From Stegostoma tigrinum (taxonomy: Eukaryota), in contig NC_081384.1 in the NCBI RefSeq assembly GCF_030684315.1, positions 6,418,655-6,482,654 of the forward strand: 64,000 nucleotides of DNA. Reading direction: 5' to 3'. Under the pieces are notes generated by a model. That model saw nothing but the letters and a program-made list of their open reading frames with translations. It ran no database searches and had not been told where the DNA came from. Positions 10,729-23,235 of this stretch are shown here, one piece after another (positions within the stretch are counted from its first letter, which is position 1; the number at the start of each line of letters is the position of its first letter). Made by a program: the position numbers and the translations under genes.

Positions 10729-12087
10729 AAATATATAATATCATTAAGCAGACTCAACATGGACTCATGAAGTGGAAATCATGCCAGACAAATTTTCTAG
10801 AATACTTTGAAGGAGTAACAAGCAGCATAACTAAATAGCAACCAGTACATGTAATGTACATGGATTTCCAGATGTTGGCTTTTTAATAACAGCCAGTGGT
10901 GTCAAGGCATGGGTAGAAGATTGGCTAAATTGTGGAAGACAGAAAATTGGGATAAGGTGAGGGTTGGGGTGGGGGGAGGTGAGATAATTCAGGATGGTAA
11001 CCTGTAACCAGTGAAATGCCAAAGGGTTCAGTGCTGGAGCCGCAATTATTTGCGGTATACATTCATGGCTTTAATAAGGAAAATGAACAGCCAAATCTGC
11101 AGATGACACAAAATTAGATAGGAAGGCAAAAGGTAAGGATGACACAAAGTGCCTGCAGAGGGATATGGACTGGTTAAGTGACTGAACATAAGGTTGGCAG
11201 ATAGAATATAACATGAGAAAATGTGAGGTTCTGCACTTTGGCATGAAGAATAGAGGAGCTTAATATTATTTAAATAGAGTGAGACTGCAGAAAGCTACAG
11301 GACAGGGGATTTGGGATGCTTCATCCACGAATCGAACAAAGCTAACACACAGGTTCAGCAGGTATCAGGGAAGGCAATGGAATGTTAGCTTTTATTTTAA
11401 AGGGAGAGGGAAGTCTTGTAAAACTATACAAGCCATAAGTTGAACCACATCTAGAACACTGTGAACATTTTGGACCCAGGAAAGGTCTACTGGTATTTTA
11501 AGGTAGTCCAGAGAAAGTTCACCCAGTTAATTCCAGATATGGAGGGACTTTCATATGAGGAGCAATTGAATAGGTTGGGCCTGTACTCATTTCAGTTTAG
11601 AAGAATGAGAGGTGACATTATTGAATTGAACAAGCTCCTTAGGGGGGCTTGACTGGGTAGATGCAGAAGGGTTGTTTTCCCTTGTGGGAGAGTCTAGGAC
11701 CAAAGGGTATAATCTTAGAATAAGTGATTGTTTATTTAAAACAGAGATGATGAGGAATTTCTTCTCTCAGAGGGTTGTGATTCTGTGGAATCCTTTACTG
11801 CAAAGAAAGTCAAGGGTAGGTAATTAATTTTATTCAAGGCTGAGATATACAGGTTTTTATTCAGTAAGGTAATCAAAGATTATAGGAAAGCAGAGTTGGG
11901 TATTAACAGATCAGCCTTGATCTCAAAGAATAGCAGAGCAGACTCAGATGGGCTGAATGGTCTGGTCCAATCCTACCATGTATGGTCTTATATGTTGATT
12001 GAAATACAAAGTATGATTCCACAAAAAAAAACTTTGGCCTGCTTATTCTTTTCCATCCAGAATACCATCGTTGCTGCCAAAAATAAC

Positions 12088-12350
12088 AATTTGTGTTTAT
12101 GTAGCATTTTCAATGTGGTTAACCATGCTGTAGTGTTCATTAGATGTAATTGGATACAAATTACTCACTCAAAAGGAGGACAACTGCACAAAGACTCGGT
12201 TGCTAAAGCACGGTAAATGTTTAAGGAGCTCCTTGAGAAAGGAGAGATAGACACAGAGGTTTGGGTCAGTAAGTCCAGAGATTGAAGCCTTAACAGTTAA
12301 TGTCTCATCCACCATTTGTGAGATGAAGCAAGCTGGGAGTCAAGCAGAAT
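12088..12350 (-). mobile_element. L2-like LINE 3' end (old)
   Basis: Purine-rich plus-strand pattern shared with 18690-19010 and 58670-58990. Confidence 0.5.
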
Positions 12351-12920
12351 CCAGCTCGTTATTCCAAGATGATCGCAGTTTCCAGATCTCAAATACTCAT
12401 CCTCCTTAACAGCCCCGACATATCCACTCAATAATAACTGCACAATTACGAAAATCACTCACATCTTTATACAATACCATTTGGAATAATTCATTTTTGA
12501 AAGACAAGTCATTGGTTATCATTTAGCTGCAACTGCTTTGTACAATTTTACATTTCAAGTAGCATCGCATTAGTTCAAAATGTCAAAGTACGTCATGCAC
12601 GCACACTACAAAAAAGGTTTTGGTGAGTTTGAAGGGCAACAAGGACTGAAAGGTTGCTTCATATGTTTCTCTAGCCTAAAATACAGCCACCTGAATCCAT
12701 ATCTATATGATACATGTGGGAACAGAGGCCACTGAATTAATTTGTGTTATCCAATGCTCGTTTACATAACTTATTCAGTAGCTGGAACCAAAATTCATTT
12801 TCTTTTGGTATACTTCAATAATTTGCCCTCGTACTAATCTTAACTCTCCCGCTCTATCAAGCTCATTAACGAGCAAAATAGCACTGGGTGTTTTTTATTT
12901 CCTGGTGATTGTTGAGGTGT

Positions 12921-13200
12921 GGAGGTCTTCTGGTGCAGTGATAATATCCCTGCCTCCAGGCAAGAAGTGTCAGGTGCAAATCCCACAGCACCAGTTTGTG
13001 GCCATGGAAGATGGGTTTTTGATATTGCCAAGCTAATTAGTTCCCAGTCTGTAAATCCTTCCAATGCAGGTGGTAAGAGTGGGAGAGCGTCCTGTTCAGA
13101 CATGTTGTAGGGGACAATGGCAAGTCACTGCAATATCTTGCCAAGCATAAACATAGACCAATCCAACATGGTCCCTGATTGCCAACGTTATCTTATTGAG
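12921..13200 (+). mobile_element. tRNA-head SINE with an RTE-like segment
   Basis: Head TGGTGCAGTGAT...GGTGCAAATCCC; CAATGGCAAGTCACTGCAATATCTTGCC resembles the RTE/BovB motif AAATGGCAACCCACTCCAGTATTCTTGCC. Confidence 0.55.
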
Positions 13201-13249
13201 GTGGAATGCTAAGACAATACTGAAGAGTGGCCATTGATGGAGCTCACTA

Positions 13250-13720
13250 CCAACTTTCAGGATTGGAGTGGAGTGTCACTCCATCTGCAAGTTATCCTTG
13301 AGGTGGTGAGATTGGAAGGGGAATGTCATCCACCCCCTTCTGAAACATGCTCTTCGCAAATATGGTCTGGAGTGGGTTACAATGGTTCTTGTCCTGTGCA
13401 ACTCCCCACCACAGAACTTTACTGTATGGACTGTTGCCAGGGTAATGCAATGAGGTAGACATCAACTGTGACTGAACGACCATCAGCACAGTGAAAGGTG
13501 CACTACCTGAACCTTGCTGGTCTTCCAGTTCCAGACGTTGTCCACAACCAAGTGTTTCAGACTGGCACTGGGACCATTCTAAGGTCAAGGAATGTGAGCT
13601 GAGGGATGCACTAAAGCCTGGGGCAGTCACTGGGGAAATGGTATCAACTGAAGTCACTCTGACATGGTGTACCCAGTGGCTCAAACCAAAATAAAACCCA
13701 CCATGTTACATGTTTCACCC
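13250..13720 (+). mobile_element. Tx1/L1-clade LINE ORF2 C-terminus (decayed)
   Basis: Fragments LYGLLPG, KGAL, NLLVFQ and SKVKECELRDALKPGA match the Tx1 C-terminal pattern. Confidence 0.65.
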
Positions 13721-15419
13721 AAATAACTCTTCTAAACTAATGATAATTGTAACTGGGAGTAACTTTTAACATATATGGAATGAAACGTTATACATCATTG
13801 AAATAAAGAACATTGTTGGAAAAAGATCATGTAGCAGAAAGGGATACAAACAGCTGTTGATAGGGTTTAGACATAAACAAAAACTTAGTTCCTGGTCTTG
13901 GTGATATTGTCTCTGTATATTAGCTGACCAGACATACTGACACTAGACCTATCACTTCTGGGTACTTTCCCAATGTTGACCATATTAATGCCAATGCCTT
14001 CATTCTATGTTAATATTAGCATTGTACAGCACAGAAAGATCCGTACCGGGGCTGGATCACTCTGATGGACCACAGGAGTAAGGTAGGGGAAGAGGCAGAG
14101 GAAGATGGCTTGAGTGCTCATGGTGAATGCTGTCAAAATATCATGATAGAGAAGGGATGCTAAAGTGGGATCGCCCCAGCACAGACTGTTTTCTGGGGGA
14201 CTTTGGCCTGAGTGTGTTCAATGTGACGGGACAGCAAAGAAACTAAACTGAAATAGTACAAAGAGTGAATTGAGGAATGGGAGTGCAAGTTTACAGGGCC
14301 ATTTCATATCAAAGGACCTGAATGGTCTAACAAGGAACGGGGCGGGGGAGCAGAGTCATAATTTGGATGGTGGATGGAGGGGTGAATAGAAATTTGAAAA
14401 GGTGTTTATAAAACCTTAACAAAATGAGCCACAAATGGCATTGGTGAGCAGTGCAGAGAGGACAGATCATCAAGTGGTGTGGGTGTGGAGGGGAAATGCA
14501 GGAGGGGCTGTCAGCGGGGAGCTGGGGTTTGGGAACAGGATACAGGATGAGAAAGGAGCTTCAAAGAGACTCATGGTTGAAGAGGGAGGTGGGTGGCAAT
14601 GGGGCAGAAAGACAGGGGGAATGCTTGAAGGAATTGCTTGGATAGTCTCAATCTTTGAGGCAAATAAATCCACAAAAGCTACTCACAATTTCCCACAAGG
14701 AAATGCTATCTTGTGTAGCTGATGTCTTTTTCCTCTTTGGCCGGGTGATCACGGTTAAACCTCTGTGTGTTACTAAACAGGGGCCAGGTTCTGTGCAGGA
14801 ATTCACTGGCACAGACCCACAGCACTCTTGCCTACTTTCAAAGAGTTAGTTTTAAATGTTTCTAAATTCCTTCCCGTTGTTTATCCATTTCCGTCCTTAT
14901 CTCCCATCTCTCGCTCACTCTCACACACACCATTTGGAATCTTGGTGTTGATAGCATTACTTGTCAGTAATGTTCAGCTGTCTGAATGCCAGACAGTGGT
15001 CAATATGTGACAGTAAGCCAAGTTAACACACCAGCTTAGTCACTGAGAGAAGGAACAACTGCAAGAAGGTGTTGAGAGGAAGGGACATTTTGATTTGAGT
15101 ATCAATGAAAGCCAATCTTTAAAAGCCAACAGGTGTTACCATTCATGAAATTGAACTCCGTCGTACGTAAGAGTCATGATGACTGAATTCAGGAAACAGA
15201 CTTTACACCTTACGGAGCATAAAAATAAAACGGTATAAAAAGAAAGGCTAGTCACAGTGCAATCTGCTGAAACAGCCCTGCACAGCTGAATTTCTCCTCC
15301 CACATGAAATCATTAGCAAGTCTTCACTCACTACTTCTTACAGATGTCACTATTAAGAATGGGACATTTACAAAATGACTGCTTCCAAAGAGCAACTCCT
15401 AGACCAGGTGCAGCAGAGA

Positions 15420-15655
15420 TGCAAGTAAAGTACTGTTGGTGCTGGAACTCTGAAACAAAATTTGGAGCATGCTGGAGAAACTCAGAGGGTCTGGCAGCAT
15501 CAATGGAGAGAGACAGAGTTAATGTTATGAGTCCAGTATACTCTTCTTAAGAAGAAGAATGCCCTGTTTCTGAAGAAGAGTAATATTGGACTCAAAATGT
15601 TAACACTGTCACTCTCCGGAGATGCTGCCAGCTTTGTTCCTCCAATTCTGGTCTC
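15420..15655. mobile_element. Palindromic non-autonomous PLE derivative (older family) with decayed hammerheads
   Basis: Arms GAGTCCAGTATACTCTTCTT and GAAGAAGAGTAATATTGGACTC; CTGAAGA-A-GAGT...ACTC-AAAATGTTAAC is a mutated core. Confidence 0.7.
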
Positions 15656-15667
15656 GTGTGAATCAAG

Positions 15668-16012
15668 GGAGGTGTTGGTCAAGTGGTATTATTACTGGGC
15701 TGTTAATCCAGAGACCCAGATAACATTCTGGGGACCCAGGTTTGAATCCTGCCATGGCAGATGGTGGAATTTGAATTCAATTTTTAAAAAAATCAGGAAT
15801 TAAGAATCTAGTGGTGACCATCCTGTTGAGTGTCGGAAAAACCCATCCGGTTCACTCATATCCTCTAAGAAAGGAAACTGCCATCCTTACCCGGTCTGGC
15901 CTACATGTGACTCCAGACCCATAGCAATGTGGTTGACTCTGAAGTGCCCTCTGGGCAATTAGGGATGGCAATAAATGCTGCCCTCTCATTGACACCCTCA
16001 TCCTGTTAATGT
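15668..16012 (+). mobile_element. tRNA-derived SINE sharing its tail with the LINE at 6680-7735
   Basis: GGTTTGAATCC B box; CCTTACCCGGTCTGGCCTACATGTGACTCCAGACCC body; GGGCAATTAGGGATGGCAATAAATG tail. Confidence 0.85.
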
Positions 16013-16397
16013 GCAAACAAAAATGTAATTCCTTAAATTGCTCCACAATTGGCAATCCTGGCAGTGCTGCACAGTTCTAAAAAAAAATTGGAATTCCACC
16101 TCCCTGTCAAAGTTCTCCATCTCTCTGTCCTCTGAGAGGGTGTGCAGAATCGGCTGCTTGGCCCATGCCTCTTTGGCTAGCTGCCCCGATGACACACGTA
16201 AAGAGATCTAAGAGGTGATCACCTTCAACCACTAGATTCATAGAGGCCTCCACAAGATGGATTCTGGGACATTATTTCCACTGTCTGCAAAACCAGAGCT
16301 ACAGTCAGAGGGCTGAATTTTAGCCTAAAAGGAATGTAAATTTGGATCAAGTAACTTAAAGTCTGAACGGTATTCTTCTGAACCTAAAATTTCACCC

Positions 16398-16620
16398 AAG
16401 TTATAGTGACTTAACGAGGTCAGCCAGATGGACATCATAGAATAAGTTCCCTGATTAGGGCTGTTAACCTGGTCCAATCAGGGAGCCCTGGCTGACAGAT
16501 ATAAACAGGAGTGTCAGAGGTTCTGCTTGCTCAGAGAGCTGGATCAGTGTCAAGGACTCTCCATGTGTAAATGAAGGGTGACTTGGTGACAGGATTTGGC
16601 CTCTGTGGTGTTATTTCACA
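16398..16620 (+). mobile_element. Solo LTR of the Gypsy family at 38487-40694
   Basis: CCAATCAGGGAGCCCTGGCTGACAGATATAAA...GGGTGACTTGGTGAC...GTTATTTCA matches both LTRs of that element. Confidence 0.82.
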
Positions 16621-16640
16621 AACTGTCCATCTCTGGCTTC

Positions 16641-16862
16641 AGTGCACATTCTCCCCGTGTCTGTGTGGGTTTCCTCCGGGTGCTCCGGTTTCCTCCCACA
16701 GTCCAAAGATGTGCAGGCGAGGTAGGTTGGCTACACTAAATTGCCCGTAGTGTTCAGGGGTGTGTGGGTTATGGGGCGATGGTTCTGGGTGGATTCTCCA
16801 AAGGTCCTTGTGGACTTGTTGAGCCAAAGGGCCTGTTTCTACACTGTAGGGATTCTATCTAT
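16641..16862 (+). mobile_element. V-SINE, 5'-truncated
   Basis: V domain and tail present, head absent. Confidence 0.88.
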
Positions 16863-16864
16863 CT

Positions 16865-17150
16865 ACAGAACCTCAGGATCAGGGATCAGCTATTTCATAC
16901 TAAGCTGAAGAGAAATTCCTCCACTTTGAGGAATATGAATCTTTGGAATTCTCTACCATAAAGAGCTGTGGATCCTGAGTCATTGAGTGTACTGCAGACT
17001 GAGTCTGATAGACCTTTTGGGTACTTAGAGATCGAAGTGTTATGGGTAGAAAGGAGACTGGAGTAGATGGTGAGGATCAGCCATAACCTTGAGCAGTTTT
17101 GAAGAGTTGTAAGGCCTAATCCTGCTCTTATTTCCAAGTTCTTATTTTTC
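16865..17150 (+). mobile_element. CR1 3' end
   Basis: AATCTTTGGAATTCTCTACC (NLWNSLP) and GATCAGCCAT in the 3' UTR. Confidence 0.75.
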
Positions 17151-17639
17151 TTACATTACAAGAGGCTAATTGAACAACAATTCTGTGCAGAATTGAAGGA
17201 GGCAAAGTACTTTGGGGTGTTTAGCCTCATCAAGAATTCAAATTCTTGTTGTTTTCATTGATTAATTTTAATTTGACTTTACTTTTGCAAAGTACGAAAG
17301 TAAAAATGCTTTTAAAGCCTGGCATTGAATTTGGCTTCAGGGAAAGGGTTTATTAAAACACTTTCAAGAACATGCTGAGGTTAAGCAGAGGGAACGGTTT
17401 CCCTCTGCATTATAAACCCCTGGCTGCTGCGCAAGGTTTGAGAAGCCAGCGTGAAAAATATCTCTCCATTCCCTTTCATCTTAATGAAGTGTGACATTTC
17501 CAACTGAGACAGACTCAAAAACAGTTGGTTTATACTTACATTTTACAAATTAGTTTTTTTATGGAATAAAAATGAATTGTTCAGTAGTTTCATTCTGCAA
17601 ATATTACCCAGGAATTTCTCAGAGCTCGTGCCAATAATG

Positions 17640-18310
17640 GCATATTTTTCTCTCTTTGCAGGAAGTGTAATAACAACACAGCAAAGTGCGACAGAGCATC
17701 TAGATACTGGTGAACAATGTGATTAACAGTCTCCCTTATCAACCTAACTCGTTTGATGCTCAGAAGAGGTTCATTACAGGCAATGCTGGATTCTAGAGGT
17801 GAACCAGGAGTGACTGCCTTTGATATCAAGACAGCATTTCATTGACTAAGCCCCATGAAGCAGTACTAAAATTGAGAATCAAGGGGAAAAGAAAAAACGC
17901 AGTGGAATGAAATCTGGCACAAGCAAAGATGGTTGTAGATGTTGGAGGACAACCACCCAAGCCCCAGGCCATTAGTGTTCCTCAGTGCTCTGTCCTAGAG
18001 ACAATGATCTTCAGCAGCTTCATTAATGACATTCCCTCTAACTTTGATCAATCCATGTCACAACTCCAGGACAATATCCAGGCTTGAGCTGATTCGTAGC
18101 AAAAAACATTCATGTCAAAAATGTATCAGGTAATGACCATTTCCAAAAAGAGAGACCCTAACTTCATCCTCTTGGCACTCAACAGGATGACCAGAATCAA
18201 ACCTCACACCAATAACATTCTACTCGATAGCACTTGCCAGAAACTGAACTACACCCAACCACATCAATACTGTGCCTACAGGAGCTGATCAGAGCCTTTG
18301 AATTCTGTCC
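17640..18310 (+). mobile_element. CR1/L2-group LINE RT fragment, same family as 6680-7735
   Basis: GATATCAAGACAGCATTT (DI-AF), GTTCCTCAGTGCTCTGTCCTAG, ATTAATGAC. Confidence 0.7.
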
Positions 18311-18689
18311 TGCATTTTTCGGCAATTCGGAATTCATGATGTATCTCTTCCAAATCACAAATTGATGGACAATTTACACATGAGTAACAATAAGTGTATT
18401 CAATTTGTCTTCTATTTGGCTACAAAGTCTTGGTGAATATATAATTGTAATCCTTCCAAATATAGTACATGGGTCAAGCCTGGCCGATAAGCTATTTAAC
18501 AATGGTCTGGGTCTGATTTTTGATAGTATGCAGTTTCGAACATTACTCCCTAGAAATAAATGACTTGGGAAGAGAACAGCATTAGAACCTTGTGATGAGT
18601 GTATACAAATCCACAGAAATGTAGCATAAGCAATTTTAGACTATTCAGTGAATCCCAGGATTTCAAAGTAGACAGTATGGCTTTCCATG

Positions 18690-19010
18690 GTGGAGCATTT
18701 ATATTGGGAATGTGCAAGAAGCCAGACTAGGAAAAGTGCAGAGAACTAGGAAGGGCTGTTGGGTGTAATAAGGATAGGGAGGTGCAAGGCTGTAGATGGA
18801 TTTTAATACAAGGATACAAATTTTGAAACTGAAACATTGCTGGGCCAGGAGCTACTCTAGGTCAGCGAGAACAGAGGTGATGAGTGAAGAGAATTAGTTA
18901 TAAGTTAGGACAACAGCATTTGAATGAAATCAAATTCACAGATGGTGGAAGATAAGAAGTTGGTCAGGAAATCAGTGGAAACAGCCAGATTTAGAGGTAG
19001 CAAATGCAGA
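18690..19010 (-). mobile_element. L2-like LINE fragment
   Basis: TTAGAGGTAGCAAATGC and GGCCAGGAGCTACTCTAGGTCAGCGAG resemble antisense L2 ORF2 C-terminus. Confidence 0.5.
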
Positions 19011-20069
19011 AATATAACACAATGTTATCTTGCTCTGAAGACTTGACAGTATCTACTTCTCTAGATATTTTATTGTGTTCTTTCCTCTGTTCACCAATGA
19101 CTAACTTTATGTTCAACATCCCTTTATCATTTTAAGAAAAATAAAGTAGAATATTGCATTTTTTAACACTCTTTTTGTACAAATCACGAGAATAATGATT
19201 GCCGGAAGAACAAGATCAGTACTGTTGGCCATTAAGTATTTAAACCAAACGTGCATGATTCAAAACCTTTAACTCTTCAAAGTAATCAGGTAACTCAGCA
19301 TCAAATCGAGGAGCATTCATAGCATACTTGTGAGGAATTTCTCTCGCCTGCCTCTCCTTTACATTGTTGCCCCCACTGTGAAGGTACTCACCTACTGCAC
19401 ACAGTGAATGCACACACATGCACAGACACACAGAGGCACACACATGTTCTCAAGCACTGGCACAAGTGTGTGCACATGCCTCAATGTACACACCATATCA
19501 CTACAAGGTGAGGTGAGGAGGTGAAGCCTACATGGATTGAAATTGGACTTCTGTAAATGCTACAATACAACTGATGAGCTGACAGAACTGCATCATAAAC
19601 CACGTCCATTGGATCCAATGAGAATTCAATGTTGGTTAGAGAGTGAGAACATCACCCATTGTTACAGTTCCTGATAACAAAGCACATTGGGTGGAGTCAG
19701 TAACAATCCAGTTCTACCATTGAATCAGCTGAATTGGTGTCCACAGATCCTTGGCTCCTCAGCAGTGCATTAGATTTTTTTTTTATTATCGACCTATTTT
19801 TCTAATCAACTTGTTCAGAGACACATTCGGGACACTGCCACTGTGCCATAAAACAGCCCTTAAACTCTATCATCTGTATGTGTCTCACCTGTAACCATTC
19901 GTAGTTATGGAATTGGAGTTAAAGAATGTCACTGGATGAGTAATCGAGAGACCCAGGTTAATTCTGTAAAATACGGGGCCTCAAGAAGTGTCTCTGCCTC
20001 TGGGCCAGAAGTTTGAGGTTCAAGTCCTACCTTAGGACCTAATGGTCATAGAGGTCTGTTTTTTAACAA

Positions 20070-20292
20070 TGCATGGGATGAGGGTGTCACTGGCCAGGCA
20101 GCATTTATTGCCCATCCCTAATTGCCCTGCAGGTAGTTAAGAGCCAACCACGTTGCTGTGGGTCTGGAGTCACATGTAGGCTGGACCAGGTAAGGATGGC
20201 AGTTTCCTTCCCTAAAGGACATTGGCGAACTAGATGGGTTTCTCCCACAATCAACAATGGATTCATGGTTATCATTAAACTCTTAATTCCAC
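20070..20292 (-). mobile_element. tRNA-derived SINE, 3' half (family of 15668)
   Basis: GCATTTATTGCCCATCCCTAATTGCCC...GGGTCTGGAGTCACATGTAGG. Confidence 0.85.
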
Positions 20293-20450
20293 TTTTTTGT
20301 TTTAAATACATATTACATCAAAGAAGACTGATTTTAAAAAGTGATATAGCACAAACCTTTCACTGCAGCATGAGCATCTGAACCAGATTTGTGATTGTTA
20401 CGTTAAGAGACAAGGTGCAACCAATTTGGACTATAAAGTTTTGCCTTAAA

Positions 20451-21055
20451 GGGCCTCTTGTAATGCAAAGTAACAGTCCCTACCCCTGAACTGAGAGGCC
20501 TAAGTTCAAGTCCCAACTACTCCAAAGGTGTATCATAACGTCTCTGAATGTGTTGATTAGAAAAATAGTGAAATTAAAGAAAAAGCTTTGTCTTAGGGAC
20601 CCTCCTGTGGCACAGTGGTAGTATCCCTACCCCTAGACTGAGAGGTCTGGGTTCAAGATCCCCCTGCTCCAGAGGTGTGTAATTACGTCTCTGAACAGGT
20701 TGATTAGAAATTCAGGCTAAAAAAGATATGATCCCCACTAATTATGAGTGTACTAATGTTTGTCCGTCTATATCACTTCATTTAAGGCCCTCTTGTGATG
20801 CAATAGTAGTGTCCCTACCTGTTGACTTGCAACCCCAGGTTCAAGTTTCACCTAGCCCAGGGGTATGTAATAACATTACCACACGAGTTGATTAGAAAAG
20901 TGGTGACATTTAAAAAAAAAGTTGTGTCTTGGGGCACCGTTGGGGTACAGTGATAGTATCGATACCCATGTACTAGGAGGCCTGCGTTCAAGTCCCACAT
21001 GCTTCAGGGGTGTGTAATAACACTGTCTGAACAGATTGAATAGAAAAGTAGGTTA
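20451..21055 (+). repeat. Cluster of four head-to-tail ~110-bp tRNA-derived SINE units (two dimers)
   Basis: Units start at ~20451, 20596, 20786 and 20931; each has an A-box-like 5' end, GTTCAAG and ends in TTGA(T/A)TAGAAA. Confidence 0.8.
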
Positions 21056-21379
21056 AATAAAGAAATTATAATGTCTTGCCTTCTTTTAGAGTAATTTAAG
21101 GTTCTCTGCAATGTGCTATTGGATCCAATTATTGTCAGGCACATAACAGGGCTTAGAAAGGAAATGATAAGGCTTGTTATTATATAGTAAATCTCAAAAA
21201 CACCAGACATTTCAGAGACTTTTACAGCCAATGAAGTACTTCTGAAACACGATCACTGGTTCAGCGCAGAACACAAAATTTATGCACATACAGAATATTC
21301 CCTCTGCTTATTGCACGAAAATTACAGCATTGTGGTAAAGATCAAAAAAGCTACTGTTATGATGTTGATTTACAGATAC

Positions 21380-22925
21380 ATAGAAGTGTAGAAATTAGGA
21401 GCAGGAGTAGGCCATTCAGCCCTTCAAGGCTAGTCCACCATTCAACATGATCTTGTCTGACCTTCCAACTCAGTACCCTATTCCCACTTGATCTGTTAAG
21501 AACCGAAGAACAATGAGCAAAGAACAAAGAAAATTACAGCACAGGAACGGGCCCTTTGGCCCTCCAAGCCTGTACCAACATGCTGCCCATCACAACTAAA
21601 ACCCCCTACCCTTCCAGGAACCATGTCCCTCTATCCCCATCCTGTTCATATATTTATCAAGAGGCCCTTTAAAACTCACTATTGTACCTGCTTCCACTAC
21701 CTCCCCCAACAGCGGGTTCCAGGCACACACCACCCTCTGTGTAAAAAGCTTGCCTCATACATCACCTTTAAACCTTGCCCCTCCCACTTTCAACCTATGT
21801 CCCCTAGTAACTGACTCTTCCTCCCTGGGAAAAAGCTACTGACTATCCACACCCTTCATAATCTTGTAGACCTCTATCATGTCACCCCTCAACCTCTGTT
21901 GTTTCAGTAAGAACAACCCAAGTTTCTTCAACCTCTCCTTATAGCTAATGTCCTCCATACCAGGCAACATCCTGGTAAATCTTTTCTGTTCCCTCTCCAA
22001 AGTCACTCACATCCTTCTGGTGAGAGATAATGGGAACTGCAGATGCTGGAGATTCCAAGATAATAAAATGAAGGGTCTAGGCCCGAAACGTCAGCTTTTG
22101 TGCTCCTGAGATGCTGCTTGGCCTGCTGTGTTCATCCAGCCTCACATTTTATTATCTTCACATCCTTCTGGTAGTGTGTCTACCTGAATTGAACACAATA
22201 TTCCAAATGTGGCCTAACTAAGGTTTTACAAAGCTGCACCATTACCTGCCAATTTTTAAACTCAATGCTCTGGTGGATGAAGACAAGCATGCCATATGCC
22301 TTATTGACTACCTTTTCTAACTGTGTTACTGCTTTCAGTGACCTGTGTATCTGTATACCCAGATCCCTCTGCCTATCAGTACTCTTAAGGGTTCTTCCTT
22401 TTACTGTATATTTTCCATCTGGATTAGACCTTTCAAAATGCATTACCTCACATTTTTCTGGATCAAACTCCATCTGCTATCCCTTTGCCCAAGTCACCAA
22501 CCAATCCGTATCCAGCTGTATCCTTTAATGGTCCCCATCGCTATCCACAATTCCACCAAACATTGTGTCATCGGCAAACTTATTAATCAGACCAGTTACA
22601 TTCTCCTCCAAATCATTCAAATATTACAAACAACAAAGGTCCTAACTCTGACCCCTGAGGAACACCACTAGTCACAGTCCTCCATTCAGAAATGCATCCT
22701 TCCACTGCTACCCTCTGTCTTCTATGACTGAGCCAGTTTTTTATCCATCTTGCAAGCTCACCTCTAACCTCATGCGATTTTACCTTCTGTATCAGCCTGC
22801 CATGAGGGGCCTTGTCAACAGCCTTACTGAAGTCCATATAGACAACATCCACTACCCTACCCTCATCGATCATCTTTGTCACATCCTCAAAAACTCAAGC
22901 ATGTTAGTGAGACATGACTACACTA
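21380..22925 (-). mobile_element. CR1 LINE(s): RT through 3' UTR, with nested tails
   Basis: VDVVYMDFSKAVDKAPH, GVPQGSELGPLLF, KCEVMHF, LVRPHLEYCVQF. Confidence 0.93.
22022..22157. mobile_element. 136-bp PLE family A mini-insertion with inverted 5' piece and 15-bp TSD
   Basis: TSD TCACATCCTTCTGGT at 22007-22021 and 22158-22172; hammerhead lacks the initial CTG. Confidence 0.9.
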
Positions 22926-23009
22926 TGCCTACATCTATGTCCACATCTTCTTGAAAGTCGTCAATGACTTGGTCTCCACATTTTCCTGTGGCAAAGAATT
23001 CTACAGACA

Positions 23010-23235
23010 GGGATAAATGCTGGCTGGACACCAATTATATGATCTTTTACATCCACCAAAGATGACAGACAGGACCTTGGATTCATTACCACATCTAAAA
23101 GGCAGCCCCTCTGAGTTTGCTCTGAGCTGTTCTGGAGCATTGGCCTTGATCTTAGTGTGTCATTCTGGGAGTGGGACTTAGACTCACAACCTCTGACTCA
23201 CATATGGGCGCACTATCAACTGTGTTACATCTGAC
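23010..23235 (-). mobile_element. DeuSINE-like element
   Basis: Antisense Deu-like GATCTTTTACATCCACC...GACAGGACCTTGG and head GGAGTGGGACTTAGACTCACAACC. Confidence 0.65.

Larger units (their letters stand above)
9370..11990 (+). mobile_element. Long decayed CR1 LINE ORF2 through 3' UTR, interrupted by two SINEs
   Basis: KSFFKCIKRK, MAEELNKY, DWKTANV, ADDTK, RRMRGD; 3' UTR GATGGGCTGAATGG. Confidence 0.88.

Noticed and set aside
19240-19443. 67-aa minus-strand ORF with protein-like composition
   Set aside because: Starts in a CA/TG repeat; no recognisable family or convincing splice pair
20451-21055. tRNA gene cluster or CRISPR-like array
   Set aside because: Units are diverged, I could not see full cloverleaves, they share a non-tRNA tail with dispersed SINE copies, and the context is eukaryotic
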